A DNA stretch of 64,000 nt from Hamiltosporidium tvaerminnensis FI-OER-3-3 (lineage: Eukaryota; Fungi; Microsporidia), in contig CM061254.1 of the NCBI GenBank assembly GCA_022605425.2, positions 558,001 to 622,000 of the forward strand, read 5' to 3'. The translations under genes were made by a program, and so were the position numbers. The notes beneath the pieces were generated by a model that was not told the DNA's origin, did no database searches, and saw only the letters and a list, made by a program, of their open reading frames with translations. The number at the start of each line of letters is the position of its first letter. Position 1 is the first letter of the stretch. This document shows positions 11,900-24,691 of the stretch, piece after piece.

Positions 11900-14800
11900 A
11901 TAAACGAAATGACAAAAATATTATTTCTGTTGCAAGTTACAATTTTTATTGTACAAGTTCTTCATATATTATTTTATTAAATAAATTGCATGCACTAAAA
12001 TAAAACATGTAAGATATATGAAGAAGCAGTGTTTTCAATATGAATTAAACACATAAACAATGATGATCTTAAAAACCGCGCAAATATTTTTTGATGGTGC
12101 AAATGAATTGTAATAAGTACAAATATTGCGTAGAGGAAAAAAAAGTGCAAATTGAATTAAAAGAATCTAAGCTATATATTGATCAATTTTTCGACAACAT
12201 ATATAAATTACTATGGATAATGTGTAAGCAACAAATATTAAATTACTGATACCTTATTTTTACGAAAAGACCGAAAATAATCTATCGATTAAAATATAGT
12301 AAATGATTCGAGTAATATAGGCGAAGAAATTTAAACAAAGAAAAGCGATAGAGTAATTTTATAAACAGTAAACGATAATTTCACCTCGAATAGTATTATT
12401 AAAGCATAAAATTATATGAAATAAAGTATACAAAGCGAGACTAATATATAAAAAACATAGTAACACAATTAATTTACAAAAAAAACTAAAATATTTTATT
12501 CATATTTTTTCTTAAACGCAATATTCTCTAAGAAACATATGTGCAAAGATTTATCAAAATTTAAATACTTTCATATTTTAAGTGGTTATTTCTAAATTAA
12601 ATTCTATTTTTTTTCTTAATAAATTAAATAATTGAAGAGTCTATTGATATCTAAATCTTTATGGAACATTAGATTTGATTATTTTCTTTTATTTTTATCA
12701 AATTTATAGGGTCTTGTTACGATATGAGTAAAGGCATTGATTTATTTTGTTCTGTTTCTTTGAAATTTATTTTAATGATCGTAGTATGTATTTATATTCT
12801 TGAATAAAATGATTTTTAGCTAAATATATCTTTCAAATTACCATTTAAAATTATTTAAAAAGTTTCTGATGTTCTAATGATCCTCGATTTAGTTATATAT
12901 TTAGAATAATATAAATTTCCTGGCATTTTTGGTCTTTTTAAGTTTCATTTTGTAAAAAAAACATTTTATTTCCCTAAAAAACTATTAATACAAATTTGGT
13001 ATTAAAAAAACAAGCGGAATAATTCTTTAGAAGGGAGATGATAAAGTTTTCTGTGAAATTAAGAAATCTTAAAACTTATTTTTACATTGAAAGCAAACTT
13101 CGTAACAATAGAAGATGAAATAATATCTAAATGTGTTTGTCAGAAAAGAAAAGATTAAAACTTGCCGAGAATAACCAAAAATATGATATAATTTTTGAGA
13201 TTAATGCTGAGGAGCTAAAAATGAAAATAATTATTGAATTTTATACCCCTGAAATACATCTATTCATTTAAAACTTAAGATTTCAAAAATCATATTCTAT
13301 AAAAAATCATTTATATATTTCAGTAATGACCCTACGACGACGACTGGCCTCGAAATTTTTAATAAGGCAAAATCTACAAGGCACAAATATGAGCGCTCCG
13401 AATAAGATCTGATTGTTTCTATTTACTCATAAATCTTACACAACTAATAATTGGTAGAACTGAATATAAAACAATTAAAAAATTTTTATTGGTTCGAAAA
13501 AAAATATTTGAACTTAAATTCGTAAATTTTCTTCTAAATTATATTATGATTAAAGAATAACATAATATAATTGTTTTTTTAATTTTTCTAACGTTTTGAT
13601 TTTTGAAAAAAAAGTTTAATCAATTCGTTAAGATTTCATTTCTAAGAATTAAACAGTTAGATAATAAATTAAATGATAAGATTGCTGTTTTCTTAACGTT
13701 TTTCTGTGTAATATATTTAATTTTCGATAATAATTGCATAAAATAAGTATTGCTTGAATAGCTTCGTGCAACTTTATACTTGTTTTGTTAAAAAGTTTTT
13801 AATAAAAATGAATAAGGATTTATACAATAAATGAATTAAGCAAAAAATATTTAACACAAACAGTTTCTTCAGACAAATGAAACACTTCCATGAATAAATT
13901 TATTCGATAGAAAATATAGAACTGTATAAAAATAAGTTAAAGATGAACAGAATATATAAGCCGAGCTGAATCTCTGAAAAACTGGAAGTATATATGAAAG
14001 AAGAAGAGAAATGTGCAGATTAAAAAGGCTCAAATTTTTACTGGAAATTTGCACAAAGCGGGTAGTAAATGGAAAAGAAAGACTAGAAAATATAAGAGAA
14101 ATGAACCATGTGAGAATAGGAATTTTTTTTACTAAAAGCGCTAAGAAACTTTGGCTCGAAAAATAAAGGTTGAGATTATTTTCGCTTTTTTTTTCTTCTG
14201 GATATAAAAGAAAATTCGTTTCCACCAGCTTAAGGTCTATTATGAGAATAATTAAATTGTATTATGGCTTAAAATGTATAAAAAACCAGATATAAGACAC
14301 TTTGATATTGTCCTGTATATTAAATCTGATAAATGCATTTCTGAAGGCAAAATTATTTTTGTAAAATAGTGATTTTAAAAGTCAATCAATGAAAATAATA
14401 TGAAATATTTGTTCTGTTAATTTCTTACTTGTGTTTTGGTTACTTAAATCTAAATATTTTACAATTTATAACAAATATATACCTATAAAAACGATTTCAA
14501 CTAACTATCTATATGAAGAATTTAAAATTTTAAAGTATATTTCACAAATATTATATCTATCCCGATATTTTCTATACTAGTTTATTACCTGTAGATTTTC
14601 CTTTACACCTTCTATTAGAAACTTAAAACAGAAAATTTGACTGGTAAATAAGCAATTATTTTCGTATGGGTAGAATCCGTGATTAATTTTAAATTTTTTC
14701 TATAATTTTGCTATAAGATTTCACGTAATTTACTCTTGGAGATGTTTGGTAATTAAAAGATATGTTAGAGATATAAACGGACGCAAAATATTTTATTAAA

Positions 14801-16400
14801 GTGCCTAGAATAGATCAAACTTATTTTACTTTATTTTCATATCGCTTTCAGAGTTAATATTTCGTAATATATTGCTTCAATAGAGTATAATCTCAAGTTT
14901 TTAAGGTCGCAAAAAGGAATAAAATGTTTTAAATAATACTCTTGGAGCCAAAAACTTTCTCGGATCGTAAAGAAAACCCATAAATATTTCCAAAAGCAGA
15001 GAATATTTTTTCTTTTGAATAAATTTTGCTTTAGATAATTTTTTTGTTTACAAGAGTAATTTTTAACATGTAATGCGAGCCATAAGTATTGTATAGCCAA
15101 AAACTCTTTATTGAAATTTATAGAGCCAGCAATCGGATTGCTTCAAGCAGAAGAGGTATTATATTCTTTTCATAATAAACACAAATATGAAATTATATCA
15201 TAATTCACAAATCCTGTAAAACATTTACTTATTTGAAAACACTCCAAATATTATGCAATAAATCATTCCTAAAATATATGTATTTAGACTTACAATCTAA
15301 ATTGACGTATTTACCAAATTAAACTATAATGCTAACTTCGGAATATAACTATGTATTATTTTAATACCAAATATAAAGTAATATGTACACTCAAAAGACT
15401 GTTAAAGATGAAATTCATTTCTATTTGACAACATTTATGTATAAAAAGGTATATAATTCCATAGCAGTCAGTGATCTAAGAATTTATTCCTTGAAATAGT
15501 CTAAATAGACTTTTATTTCTGTCTTATACGAAAAAGTTCGCGCAATTCTATGATATAAATACATTTCCAAAGTAAAAATCTCATTATAAAAACGTAGACT
15601 ATAAATTAATATAATAAATTAGTAGAAAGAGATGATTAAACATTTAATGACGTATTTGGGACGTATCAAAAAAAATTACACCTTGGAAGAAAACATTTAG
15701 TATTTTTTTGTTTCTTATTAATCGCATTTTAAATGATCAATTCTTCTAGAGTAGAATAATAAAAGACACAGCAAGTAAATAAACTTATATTTAAATAGGC
15801 TACGATATAGGATGTCATTAAAATAGGTTTGCCATATATTAAACTGGAAAATAGCAAATTTAAAGGAAGCTAATTACCAAAATAAAGACAATCTAACCTT
15901 CTTTAATAGCATCGCTGAGACCAGGGGAAAAAATTTGCAGAATAAACACGTCTTTTTAGATCCAAAAATGTAATTATAAAGTTCTAAAATTAACAGTTTT
16001 TGGAATCGAAATCTATAAAAACCTATGTGTGTATAAAAACTTTACATTCATACCAAGACAAAAGCTTCATCTATAGGCTCACTTTAAAATAATGCTGTTT
16101 TTATAGTAACAGCTATTTCAATGAACATCATGCTCAAAATTAGAAAAAAAACAATGTAAAAGAATCGTATTTACAGATGTTTAAAAGTAATTCATGAAAG
16201 TATATTTATTTCCCACGATTGTATTTTCCTGCTTTTTTTAATTAGGAATGTAGATATGAAAAGTTTTTGCTGTGTTGCCAAATAAAATTAGAACAGATTT
16301 TTTCCAAATAAACCAAACTTTAAAATTGGATCTATAAGTCGATCATAAACCGAGTTTAAATATTTTTTAAATATAAAACAATACATTGTTAAATTAAATA
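11900..16400 (+). pseudogene. Probable decayed gene-family relics (one or two copies)
   Basis: Coding-like, Lys/Ile/Leu/Asn-rich fragments with no long ORF. Boundaries and family are uncertain. Confidence 0.25.
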
Positions 16401-16480
16401 ACCAGAAAGCCGCCAAATAAAAATATAAATACTCAATAAATTAGAAAATAAAAATCTGAAGATGAATAGAATATTATATT

Positions 16481-16510
16481 ATAATATAATATAATATAAT
16501 ATAATATAAT
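16481..16510. repeat. (ATAAT)6 microsatellite
   Basis: Direct reading of the sequence. Confidence 0.9.
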
Positions 16511-17383
16511 AGAGTATAATGACTTTTATAGAATATTATTGAAGCAATGTTTCTTTACTGCTATTGTTTATATAAAAAATTATTATTTTTCCTTTACATA
16601 TATTTTCTTCGTTAATACTTCAAAAAGCAATAAATATTTTATCTAAAATAGGTAATAATAATTGTTACAAACCACAGTTTCAATAAATAATATTTAGAAT
16701 TTTGAAATATATAGAAATAGAATCCTAATTGTGTACCAAAACTTAGATACTATCTTCATGAGATGTGAAATTGTATCTTAACGTTTTTATATAAACAAAT
16801 GATACAAATATAGCAGATATATCATATTTTCATTCTGATATGATTAGAGTAAGAACCAAGTCATGCTATTTATTTTCTGATATGAATTACTGCAATAAGA
16901 TTTTCTTTAAACGAATTCACAAAAAAAATTATTTATCATTCGAAGTACTTTTGTATAAATCTAAAATTAAAAGAAAAAACAAATTTAATGTTTAATTAAT
17001 CCTTTAATAGTAATTCTTAAGAGCAATAGAATAATAGAACCCAATCCTATTCAAAATAACCAAATTAAAAATAAACACACACACCAAAACAACAAACGCT
17101 TCTTTTTTAACATATAACCTCCTATAAATTTACTAATATAATCTAGAATTAAAAATTACACGGATTAAAAGCAATCTATTTGTATAAACTTTTGAAATTC
17201 TCTACAAATTTATTAATTAAAAATGAAAAATAACAATATATTAATCTTACCAAACACAAATTTATAAATAAATTTATTAATTATAAATGAAAAATAGCAA
17301 TCTATTTATCTCGCTAGATATAAATTTGTCTTTAAATTTCTTAATTAAAAATATAAGTATATTTTTTCAACCTAAACTTCCAA

Positions 17384-18257
17384 ATGAGACACGAATGGAA
17401 GAACAGAATATTAAACACAGACATAAACATATTATCAGATACAATATATTTACTGATAATAGTAACAGTTATGATATCAATAAGAAAAATAATAATGACT
17501 AAACTAGCCAATAAAATATTACAAGAATCTGGATTAAAAAAATCGCAAAAAAAATTAGTAGAAACTAAATTTAGAGGTTCTTTGTACAGATTTATAACAT
17601 ATTCAACATTTATTACTTACGGTATTATAACAACTTGTAATGAAGAGTGGTTATTGTCTCCTTTTAAATATACTTTGAGTTGGCCTAATAATTTCATACC
17701 TTCGAAAGTCAAATTTTACTATTTTATGGAATTCAGTTATTATTTTTCAAGTTTGATTTTACTATTTTATGAACCTAGAATGAGTGATTTTTATCAAATG
17801 GTTTTACACCATATAATAACCTTATTTCTAATATTCGGTTCATATTTTAAAAAGTAAGCTTTTTTTTCTAATTAGTCTTTTACGATACGGAGTAACAGTT
17901 ATGATCATACATGATATAGCAGATCCATTCATGGAATTTGCAAAATTAAATTTTTATCTAAAAAAACAAAGAAAAGCAGATATCGTATTTTCTATATTTG
18001 CCAGTGTATTCATTATATCAAGAGGTATAGTATTTCCAGGATATATTATTTTACCCGCTGGGTATTTCTGTATAGAATATTCGGGTGGCAATATTTTTTT
18101 ATTGCTTATACTTGCAATGGCATTTCTGTTCGTTTTAAATGTCATTTGGGCTTTCTTCATTATTAAAATGGTTATTAAGTTCGCTAAGAGTGGTACAATT
18201 AAAGGTGATATAAGAACAGATGATTCGGAAACGGTTGAGAAATTAAAAGGAAGTTAA
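17384..18257 (+). CDS. LAG1: Ceramide synthase, LAG1/LAC1 (TLC domain). Two exons, 17384-17853 and 17876-18257.
   Basis: Removing 17854-17875 joins the two ORFs in frame and rebuilds the Lag1p motif (R.SDFYQMVLHHIIT...SYFKNLLRYGVTVMIIHDIADPFME). Multiple TM helices and a C-terminal GDIRTD. Confidence 0.9.
17854..17875 (+). other. 22-nt spliceosomal intron
   Basis: 5' splice site GTAAGC, then a T tract, then branch-like CTAAT abutting the 3' TAG. It contains the in-frame TAA, and its removal restores the conserved motif. Confidence 0.88.
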
Positions 18258-18519
18258 TCAATTAGACTTAAATAGTGTTATAATTAAGAAATCTAGTCTT
18301 ATATACTGTTATAATATAAAATATTCCAATTATTTGTTGTTTTATACATTTATCATTCTTTTAATTTTTAATTTATTCAATATATAAATATCTATTAAAA
18401 TAATCTATTTAGATATAAGCTAGGCTTTAAAAAATTTAAGAAAATCCATTCTATCTGTAAGGAATTCAAATGATTTGATTAATTAAAAAAATATAAAGAG
18501 ATAAATGAATATAAAGATT

Positions 18520-18730
18520 TTAAGTAAATATTAAAGATAATAATAAAGATAAATATTAAAGATAATAATAAAGATAAATATTAAAGATAATAATTAAAGA
18601 TAATTGAGTAAATATAACAAAAAGATAATTGCAAAAAAATAATAAAAGAAATAAGAAATAAAAGCAATAAAAGAAATAATAAAAGAAATAAGAAATAATA
18701 GAGATAAAAGAAATAAAATAAATATTAAAA
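18520..18730. repeat. A-rich tandem repeats between the convergent LAG1 and eRF3 genes
   Basis: Repeated TAAATATTAAAGATAATAATAAAGA and AATAAAAGAAATAAGAAAT units. Confidence 0.75.
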
Positions 18731-18738
18731 CTAATAAT

Positions 18739-20049
18739 TTAACCTATCAAATTTCTAACAACACCTATTGCTACTGTCATACCTTCGTCTCTAAGAGCAA
18801 ATTTATCTGTTCTATCTTCATCCTTACAATTTAGAAGGGCGATTGGTGTTTCAACCCTTATTTTAGCCAAAATTTTTTCTCCTTTTTTGGCGAAGGGTTT
18901 TTTAACAACTTTTTTATTAATAATTGTTCTAATTTCAAGTATTTTACATTCTTTAGAGACCATTCTGACATGTAATATGGGTTTGTAACCGACACAAAAA
19001 ATATTTTTAGATTCTAAAATAGTTAAACCACAGGTAAATTCATTGATAATTTTAAAATCATGGTTGGATGGGTCACAGAAAACATCTCCTGTATCAACAT
19101 CTTCTATATTTTCTTTAAATTTTATTTTTATTGTGTCTCCAAGTAATGCTTGGTCTATTTCCATATCTTCTTCATCAAAAATCGATAAAACGGTGCAAAT
19201 GCTATTTTTAGGAAGAATTAGAATTTTTTGATTTTTATTTAAAATTCCCGATTCTATTTTTCCGCTGTACATCGTATTTCCCATAATTTTTATTTTTTCT
19301 GCTACCGACATAACAAATACGTTTCTTTCACGATTAAAATCTATTTTATTTAAATATTCTAAGAAAGATTCTTCGTTGTACCAATTGCATATACTTTTAT
19401 CGATTCTGTTTTTGATATTTATACCTTTGTATCCACTGACTGGTATGTATTTGATACTACTGTCGTTGTAAATTGCTTGAAGAAATTTAGAAAGTTTACT
19501 TTTTATTTCATTAAATCTATTTTCTGACCAACAAACTGATTCATCGTCCATTTTGTTGACTAAAACTACAATTTTTTTGATTTTTCCTGCTCGCGCAAGA
19601 ATTATATGTTCGCGTGTTTGTCCACCTTTTTCGAAACCTGCTTCAAATTCGTTTATACGTGCAGATACGACCAAAATACCAATATCTGCTTGATTTGCAC
19701 CTACTATCATATCAGATACAAACATTTTGTGTCCTGGCGCATCCAAAATATTTATTTTTTTAGATTCTAATTCAAAAAATGCCCGACCTACTTCAGTGGT
19801 CTTCCCCTTTTCTCGTTCCTCTGGATTTGTATCCAGTGCCCAACTCAAATACCAACTTTCTCTTCCTTTTTCTATACTTTCTTTTATATATTTATCTAAC
19901 GTACGTTTATCTATTAAATCCAACTGATTTAGTATTTGACCACATATTGTTGATTTACCTGCATCTACATGTCCTATAAATACTATGCTATAGACTTCTT
20001 TCTGATTTGAAATTGAAAGATTTTTTATTTCTTCACTCAAATCTGTCAT
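18739..20049 (-). CDS. SUP35: Eukaryotic peptide chain release factor GTP-binding subunit eRF3
   Basis: GHVDAGKST, RESWYLSWALDTNPEEREKGKT, DAPGH, GGQTREH and NKMD motifs, followed by EF1A-like domains II/III. No N-terminal extension. CCC motif upstream of the ATG. Confidence 0.93.
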   Translation of the reverse strand: MTDLSEEIKNLSISNQKEVYSIVFIGHVDAGKSTICGQILNQLDLIDKRTLDKYIKESIEKGRESWYLSWALDTNPEEREKGKTTEVGRAFFELESKKINILDAPGHKMFVSDMIVGANQADIGILVVSARINEFEAGFEKGGQTREHIILARAGKIKKIVVLVNKMDDESVCWSENRFNEIKSKLSKFLQAIYNDSSIKYIPVSGYKGINIKNRIDKSICNWYNEESFLEYLNKIDFNRERNVFVMSVAEKIKIMGNTMYSGKIESGILNKNQKILILPKNSICTVLSIFDEEDMEIDQALLGDTIKIKFKENIEDVDTGDVFCDPSNHDFKIINEFTCGLTILESKNIFCVGYKPILHVRMVSKECKILEIRTIINKKVVKKPFAKKGEKILAKIRVETPIALLNCKDEDRTDKFALRDEGMTVAIGVVRNLIG

Positions 20050-20726
20050 TAAAAAGTAGGGATTAAAGATTTTAATAAAATATTTTTCTTTATAAAATTA
20101 TTTGTATGATTTTCTAATAAAAAATTTTATATTTCTTTAAGGAGATTATTTTCATCTTTTTACTCGTTATTTATTCAAACTAATTCTTCTTTTTTTTTTC
20201 AAATTTCAATTTTTCATTGTTTTTCTCAATTTTTAAATTCTTAATTTTCTTCTAAAATAAAATTTATTGGTTTCTTTGTTTACAGTGTATTTTTTTTAGG
20301 ATCTATTCTAATAAATTATATTTTTTTTATTCCTCTTTTGTATTTTTAAGGAAATTTTCTTCTGATTTAATAAAATTACAAATAATTTAGATTTTTAAAA
20401 AGTATTTTCTTTTAAGTAAATCTTCTTTCAAATACCATATTTAGAATTAAAAAGTTAAATCGTAAATATTTCACTTTTATCATAAAGTAATCTTTTTTTA
20501 AAATTTATATTTTATTTCACATTCATAATGCATAATATTTTAATTGCTATATTATGTAGTATTAATTAAATTAAATATTTACGTAGGGTGGAATTTAGAA
20601 GACCCACTTTAATATAAACCCTCATAAAATAAAAATAAGGAATAATTTTGTTAAAAACAAATGAAATATTGGAGATTGATAGAAGAAAAGGGAATTATAA
20701 ATAAATTAAAAAATAAAAAGTTATTT

Positions 20727-22880
20727 TTAATGTTTAAGAAGCGGAAACTTAAAAAATATGGACAAAACCATGGCGATAAGAAAAACAACAACCAAAATAA
20801 AAGGACCGTATAAATCATCATATGGCCCAGGATCTCTTAATCTGATCATAGAAGCTCGCCAGAAATATAAATATAAGGCATATATTGCAAACAGAACTGA
20901 TACGCATATAAATGCTATACCAGAATAAACAGCTTTTGAATCTCCGAGTCCCATGAGGGCAGTACCGATACCACCTATAAATATAGAAAAGTGTAACCAG
21001 GATAGAAATGTACGTTCATTCGCAAAAAATACCTTTGGTTCGATTCTTACTGGTAATGCGATTCTTTTGTTTCTGGTATCTACAGTCATTAGACCAGCTT
21101 TACTGCTATCAGAAATCAAAGGAATTTCTTCGTTTTCTGGAATGTCGATAACTATTTCTTTGTTCATCGGTGTCACTAAAAATTCTTTTCTACAAATATT
21201 TACATCCATTTGAGGTAACCAATACGGTATATCACTTATATTTTGAAATAAAACAGCTGCACCGTGTAAAAATTTAGAAAATTTATGTACGTGTTCTACC
21301 AAACTGGATGAGATTAATTCATTTACCCAATCTGGTTTAGTTTCATCTACGGATTGCAATTTAATTTCAAGAATTGCATATGGAAATCTTACAATATCTT
21401 CTTTTTTTAGTTTTGTAAATGGATATTCACATTCTACATCTTTTCTTCTCCAAACCAAAGGTCGAACATCATTTTTTAGGTCGTTTTCTGTACATTCTCT
21501 TATCATACAAAGTTCGGTATCTAAAGAAATTCTAACTTGGGCACTGTTCGGTAGTTGAAAGGCTGTTCTCTTATAAAAAGTTCGTACAACAGGTCGTAGT
21601 TTTTCTTTTACTATTTTTTCTTGTATCTCTTTGTATAATTGCAATGCCTCTCTTTTATTATCTTTGTTGTATGACTTACAATGTTTCCACACATCATGTC
21701 CATTTATATAATCGTCAACATATTTTTCCGGCATTTTGAATCTTTCTTTTTTACTCTGAACACCTGTCCATCCATCTTCATGTCTCTTTCTCTCTATAAA
21801 AACCAATTTTCCTATTTTAGAAGTGTACCACCTTATACGTATTGCTTCTGCCCCCGGTAATTTCCTCAATCTTCCTTCATACAACGAAAACCATCTATTA
21901 TCAAAATAAACACTGCTTATACACCTATCGTGTGTCTTTTCATTCCATGAAGCAAACGGTGATTCTTCATTATTTTCATTGCTAAAAACATAAATCGGTA
22001 AATATCTCAATACAAAGCATTTCAAAGATAAAATATTATCTCTATGAACCCAATATTTACTCGTGTTTCTTACAAAACTACTGGTACTCAAACTATTTTT
22101 CTCTAAATTTACATACGAATGACTTAATATAGTTTTACTTACTTTATAAAGCAATGCGTCTAAATTTTTCATTGATCGTATTTTACTCTTCAATTTTGGC
22201 ATATAAAATGGCAAAATATTGTAATTTGTAAATTTGTCGTGTTTTTTAAGTATTTTCTTAAATCCGACAATATTTATTGTAATATAATCAGCAAATATTT
22301 TCATTTCATCTTGTACCTTTGATATTTCACCTTTAATAGTAACATTTACACTTTCATTACTTTTACTGTCATTTATTCTCGGTGCAGATTCTTTACTATT
22401 ACAATCCGTATTAACACTACTTCTACTACTTATATTAATACTACCACTAGTTCTAGAAATACTATTTCTTGACACACTATTCATATCAGTATTAGAATCT
22501 ACACTACACTTACTATTTCTTATACTATCTTTAGATTTAGATACCAAACTACTTCCATTCCCAGTACTAATATTACATCCAATTCCATGTAAACTAGATT
22601 CTGTTCTATTTCTACTTTTAGAAGACACATTACTATTAGAATATATTTCTGTTCCTTTAATGTCTCTATTGATAAGACTTATTCTCTTACTAAATTCGTC
22701 ATGTTTCAAATTTATAAAATTAAAAACCCTATTCATCTCTTCTTCAAGTTCACCCACAAACGCATTCTCTTCTTCTTCATTAAATTCCTTCTTTAATCTA
22801 TTTCTTAATCCTGTATAATCAATATAGTAATATTTATATTCTGGATGTATATTCTTTTCCAAAAAATCTTCGAATTTCAT
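20727..22880 (-). CDS. VTC4: Vacuolar transporter chaperone / polyphosphate polymerase (SPX + VTC + DUF202)
   Basis: SPX start MKF...YIDY..L and KKILKKHDK. VTC core SVYFDN, AIRIRWY, FIERK, YKRTAFQLP, FPYAILEIKLQ, KFSKFLHG. C-terminal EPKVFFANERTFLSWL with three TM helices. Confidence 0.93.
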   Translation of the reverse strand: MKFEDFLEKNIHPEYKYYYIDYTGLRNRLKKEFNEEEENAFVGELEEEMNRVFNFINLKHDEFSKRISLINRDIKGTEIYSNSNVSSKSRNRTESSLHGIGCNISTGNGSSLVSKSKDSIRNSKCSVDSNTDMNSVSRNSISRTSGSINISSRSSVNTDCNSKESAPRINDSKSNESVNVTIKGEISKVQDEMKIFADYITINIVGFKKILKKHDKFTNYNILPFYMPKLKSKIRSMKNLDALLYKVSKTILSHSYVNLEKNSLSTSSFVRNTSKYWVHRDNILSLKCFVLRYLPIYVFSNENNEESPFASWNEKTHDRCISSVYFDNRWFSLYEGRLRKLPGAEAIRIRWYTSKIGKLVFIERKRHEDGWTGVQSKKERFKMPEKYVDDYINGHDVWKHCKSYNKDNKREALQLYKEIQEKIVKEKLRPVVRTFYKRTAFQLPNSAQVRISLDTELCMIRECTENDLKNDVRPLVWRRKDVECEYPFTKLKKEDIVRFPYAILEIKLQSVDETKPDWVNELISSSLVEHVHKFSKFLHGAAVLFQNISDIPYWLPQMDVNICRKEFLVTPMNKEIVIDIPENEEIPLISDSSKAGLMTVDTRNKRIALPVRIEPKVFFANERTFLSWLHFSIFIGGIGTALMGLGDSKAVYSGIAFICVSVLFAIYALYLYFWRASMIRLRDPGPYDDLYGPFILVVVFLIAMVLSIFFKFPLLKH

Positions 22881-23014
22881 GAAATTGTAGTGTTTAGAGT
22901 TTTATATATAAAAATGTAATACATGTTTTATTTCTGATGTGAAAATGTTTCAGTCTTTGTTTTATATCAAGATATGCTTGTGTCACTTTAAATTTTAAGA
23001 GAAATAATTTAAGT

Positions 23015-23960
23015 ATTATTTTAAGATATCATAATTATTTAAGAGATATATTAATATAAAAGAGATATCATAATTATTTAAGAGATATATTAATATAAAA
23101 GAGATATCATAATTATTTGAGAGATATATTATAAGTATTATTTTAAGAGATATCATAATTATTTGAGAGATATGTTACATTTATAGAAAACATAAATTTC
23201 TAAAAAACGTTGAATTTTTTAAATTGATATATCACTTGAGATATGAAATAGTAGTATATTGAAATACAAAAATATATTTTAAAATTGATACATCACTTGA
23301 AATATGAAATAGTAGTATATTGAAATACAAAAATATATTTTAAAACTGATATATCATTTTTTTAGAATTTAATTTGATTTAATTCAAAACTTTATTTTAA
23401 AATAAATAGATAAATTACATTACAATATTAATCATCAGTTATATAACTTATAAAAACTTAAAAAAAAGTAATTAAAATATTTTAAAAAGTAAAAAACAAA
23501 ATATTTATAACGGATTATTAAAATATTAGATTTAATATCAGAAAATTAAAAGAAAATGTCTCAGTAAAATAAAGAATAATCTTCTTTAAGAAATACTTTG
23601 TTTCTGATATTTATATATTCTCTATTACATCTCTATTAATATATATCCTCTCTATTAATATCTTTATTATTCTTCTCTATTTATATTCTTTATTATTCTT
23701 CTCTACAACTAATATTATATTTTTTTCTATTAATATATATCCTCTCTATAACTAATATTATATCTCTTTTTATTGATATATATCCTCTCTATTAATACCT
23801 TTATTATTCTTCTCTACAACTAATATTACATCTCTTTTTATTAATATCTCTTTTTATTGATATCTCTATTATATATCTTAGTATAAATATATCTCTTTAT
23901 TAATATCTCTATAAATATATCTCCTCTCTATAAATATATCTCCTCTCTAATATTATATAT
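23015..23960. repeat. Intergenic minisatellites: AAGAGATAT-type units, a ~61-bp duplication (23221-23345), then ATATCTCT/CTCTAT-type units
   Basis: Visible tandem units. The left and right arrays are approximately reverse-complementary. Confidence 0.8.
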
Positions 23961-23990
23961 TTCCTCCCTTTTATATCTCTTCTCAACATT

Positions 23991-24004
23991 TCCCCCCTTC
24001 CTCT
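23991..24004 (+). promoter_or_regulatory. Microsporidian CCC-type start-proximal promoter motif (PSF2 example)
   Basis: TCCCCCCTTCCTCT-ATG. Similar CCC runs lie within ~20 nt of the ATG of TRM9, the mutase, eRF3, the Tc1 transposase and the RLE retrotransposon. Confidence 0.65.
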
Positions 24005-24691
24005 ATGGAACCAGACACTCTAAAACTAATAGCCCATCATAACTACTACATACAAATAGAAACAACAGCAAACATCCCACCAATACACCTCCTCTCATAC
24101 ACAATACCACCCTTAAAACCACTCTCAACATATGAAGTACCCCTGTACATAGCACTCTCCCTTAAAAACAGTAACATGTGTAAAATCAAACTTCCCTCTT
24201 CTCTCTCCCTCCCTCACCTTCTCTCCACATTACAGTTTGAAATAAGTAATACATCAGAATACTCTACTCTACACCCATACTTCTTTGAAACAGCATACAC
24301 CATAATAACTAACAGTTATAATGTTGGGCATGAGAACAGTTCTACTGAGGAATTTAGAGAAAGTAAAAGTTATAGTAATAATAACAGTTCTAACAGTAAT
24401 AACGGTCTTAATACTAATATATCTAATAACGGTCTTAATACTAATATATCTAACAACCATACTAACAACTATAATAACAACCATACTTCTAATATATCTA
24501 ATATTACTACACATTACCTGTATAAATTAGTATTAGATATTAAAGATATACGTTTCTCTAAGACTTATAACGGTATACATCAGATAGATACAAATTCTCT
24601 TAATCTTAATAATCTTACTATATTTGAATTTAATGAAATTAAACACCTTTTACTATCAAACATGGAAATAGCAAAGAGAATAAAGGGGTAG
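24005..24691 (+). CDS. PSF2: DNA replication complex GINS subunit Psf2, with an Asn-rich insertion
   Basis: IPPLKP...EVPLYIALSLK..NMCKIKLP.., LHPYFFE, LVLDIKDIRFSK and LNLNNLTIFEFNEIK match the Psf2 pattern. Confidence 0.85.
   Translation: MEPDTLKLIAHHNYYIQIETTANIPPIHLLSYTIPPLKPLSTYEVPLYIALSLKNSNMCKIKLPSSLSLPHLLSTLQFEISNTSEYSTLHPYFFETAYTIITNSYNVGHENSSTEEFRESKSYSNNNSSNSNNGLNTNISNNGLNTNISNNHTNNYNNNHTSNISNITTHYLYKLVLDIKDIRFSKTYNGIHQIDTNSLNLNNLTIFEFNEIKHLLLSNMEIAKRIKG

Noticed and set aside
13485-13505. tRNA T-loop-like GGTTCGAA (also near 7366)
   Set aside because: No cloverleaf stems or A-box around it.
18739-20049. EF-1alpha or Hbs1 identity, and novelty of the missing N-domain
   Set aside because: RESWYLSWALD and KGKT.EVG are eRF3 signatures, and N-terminally short eRF3 is already known in reduced parasites.
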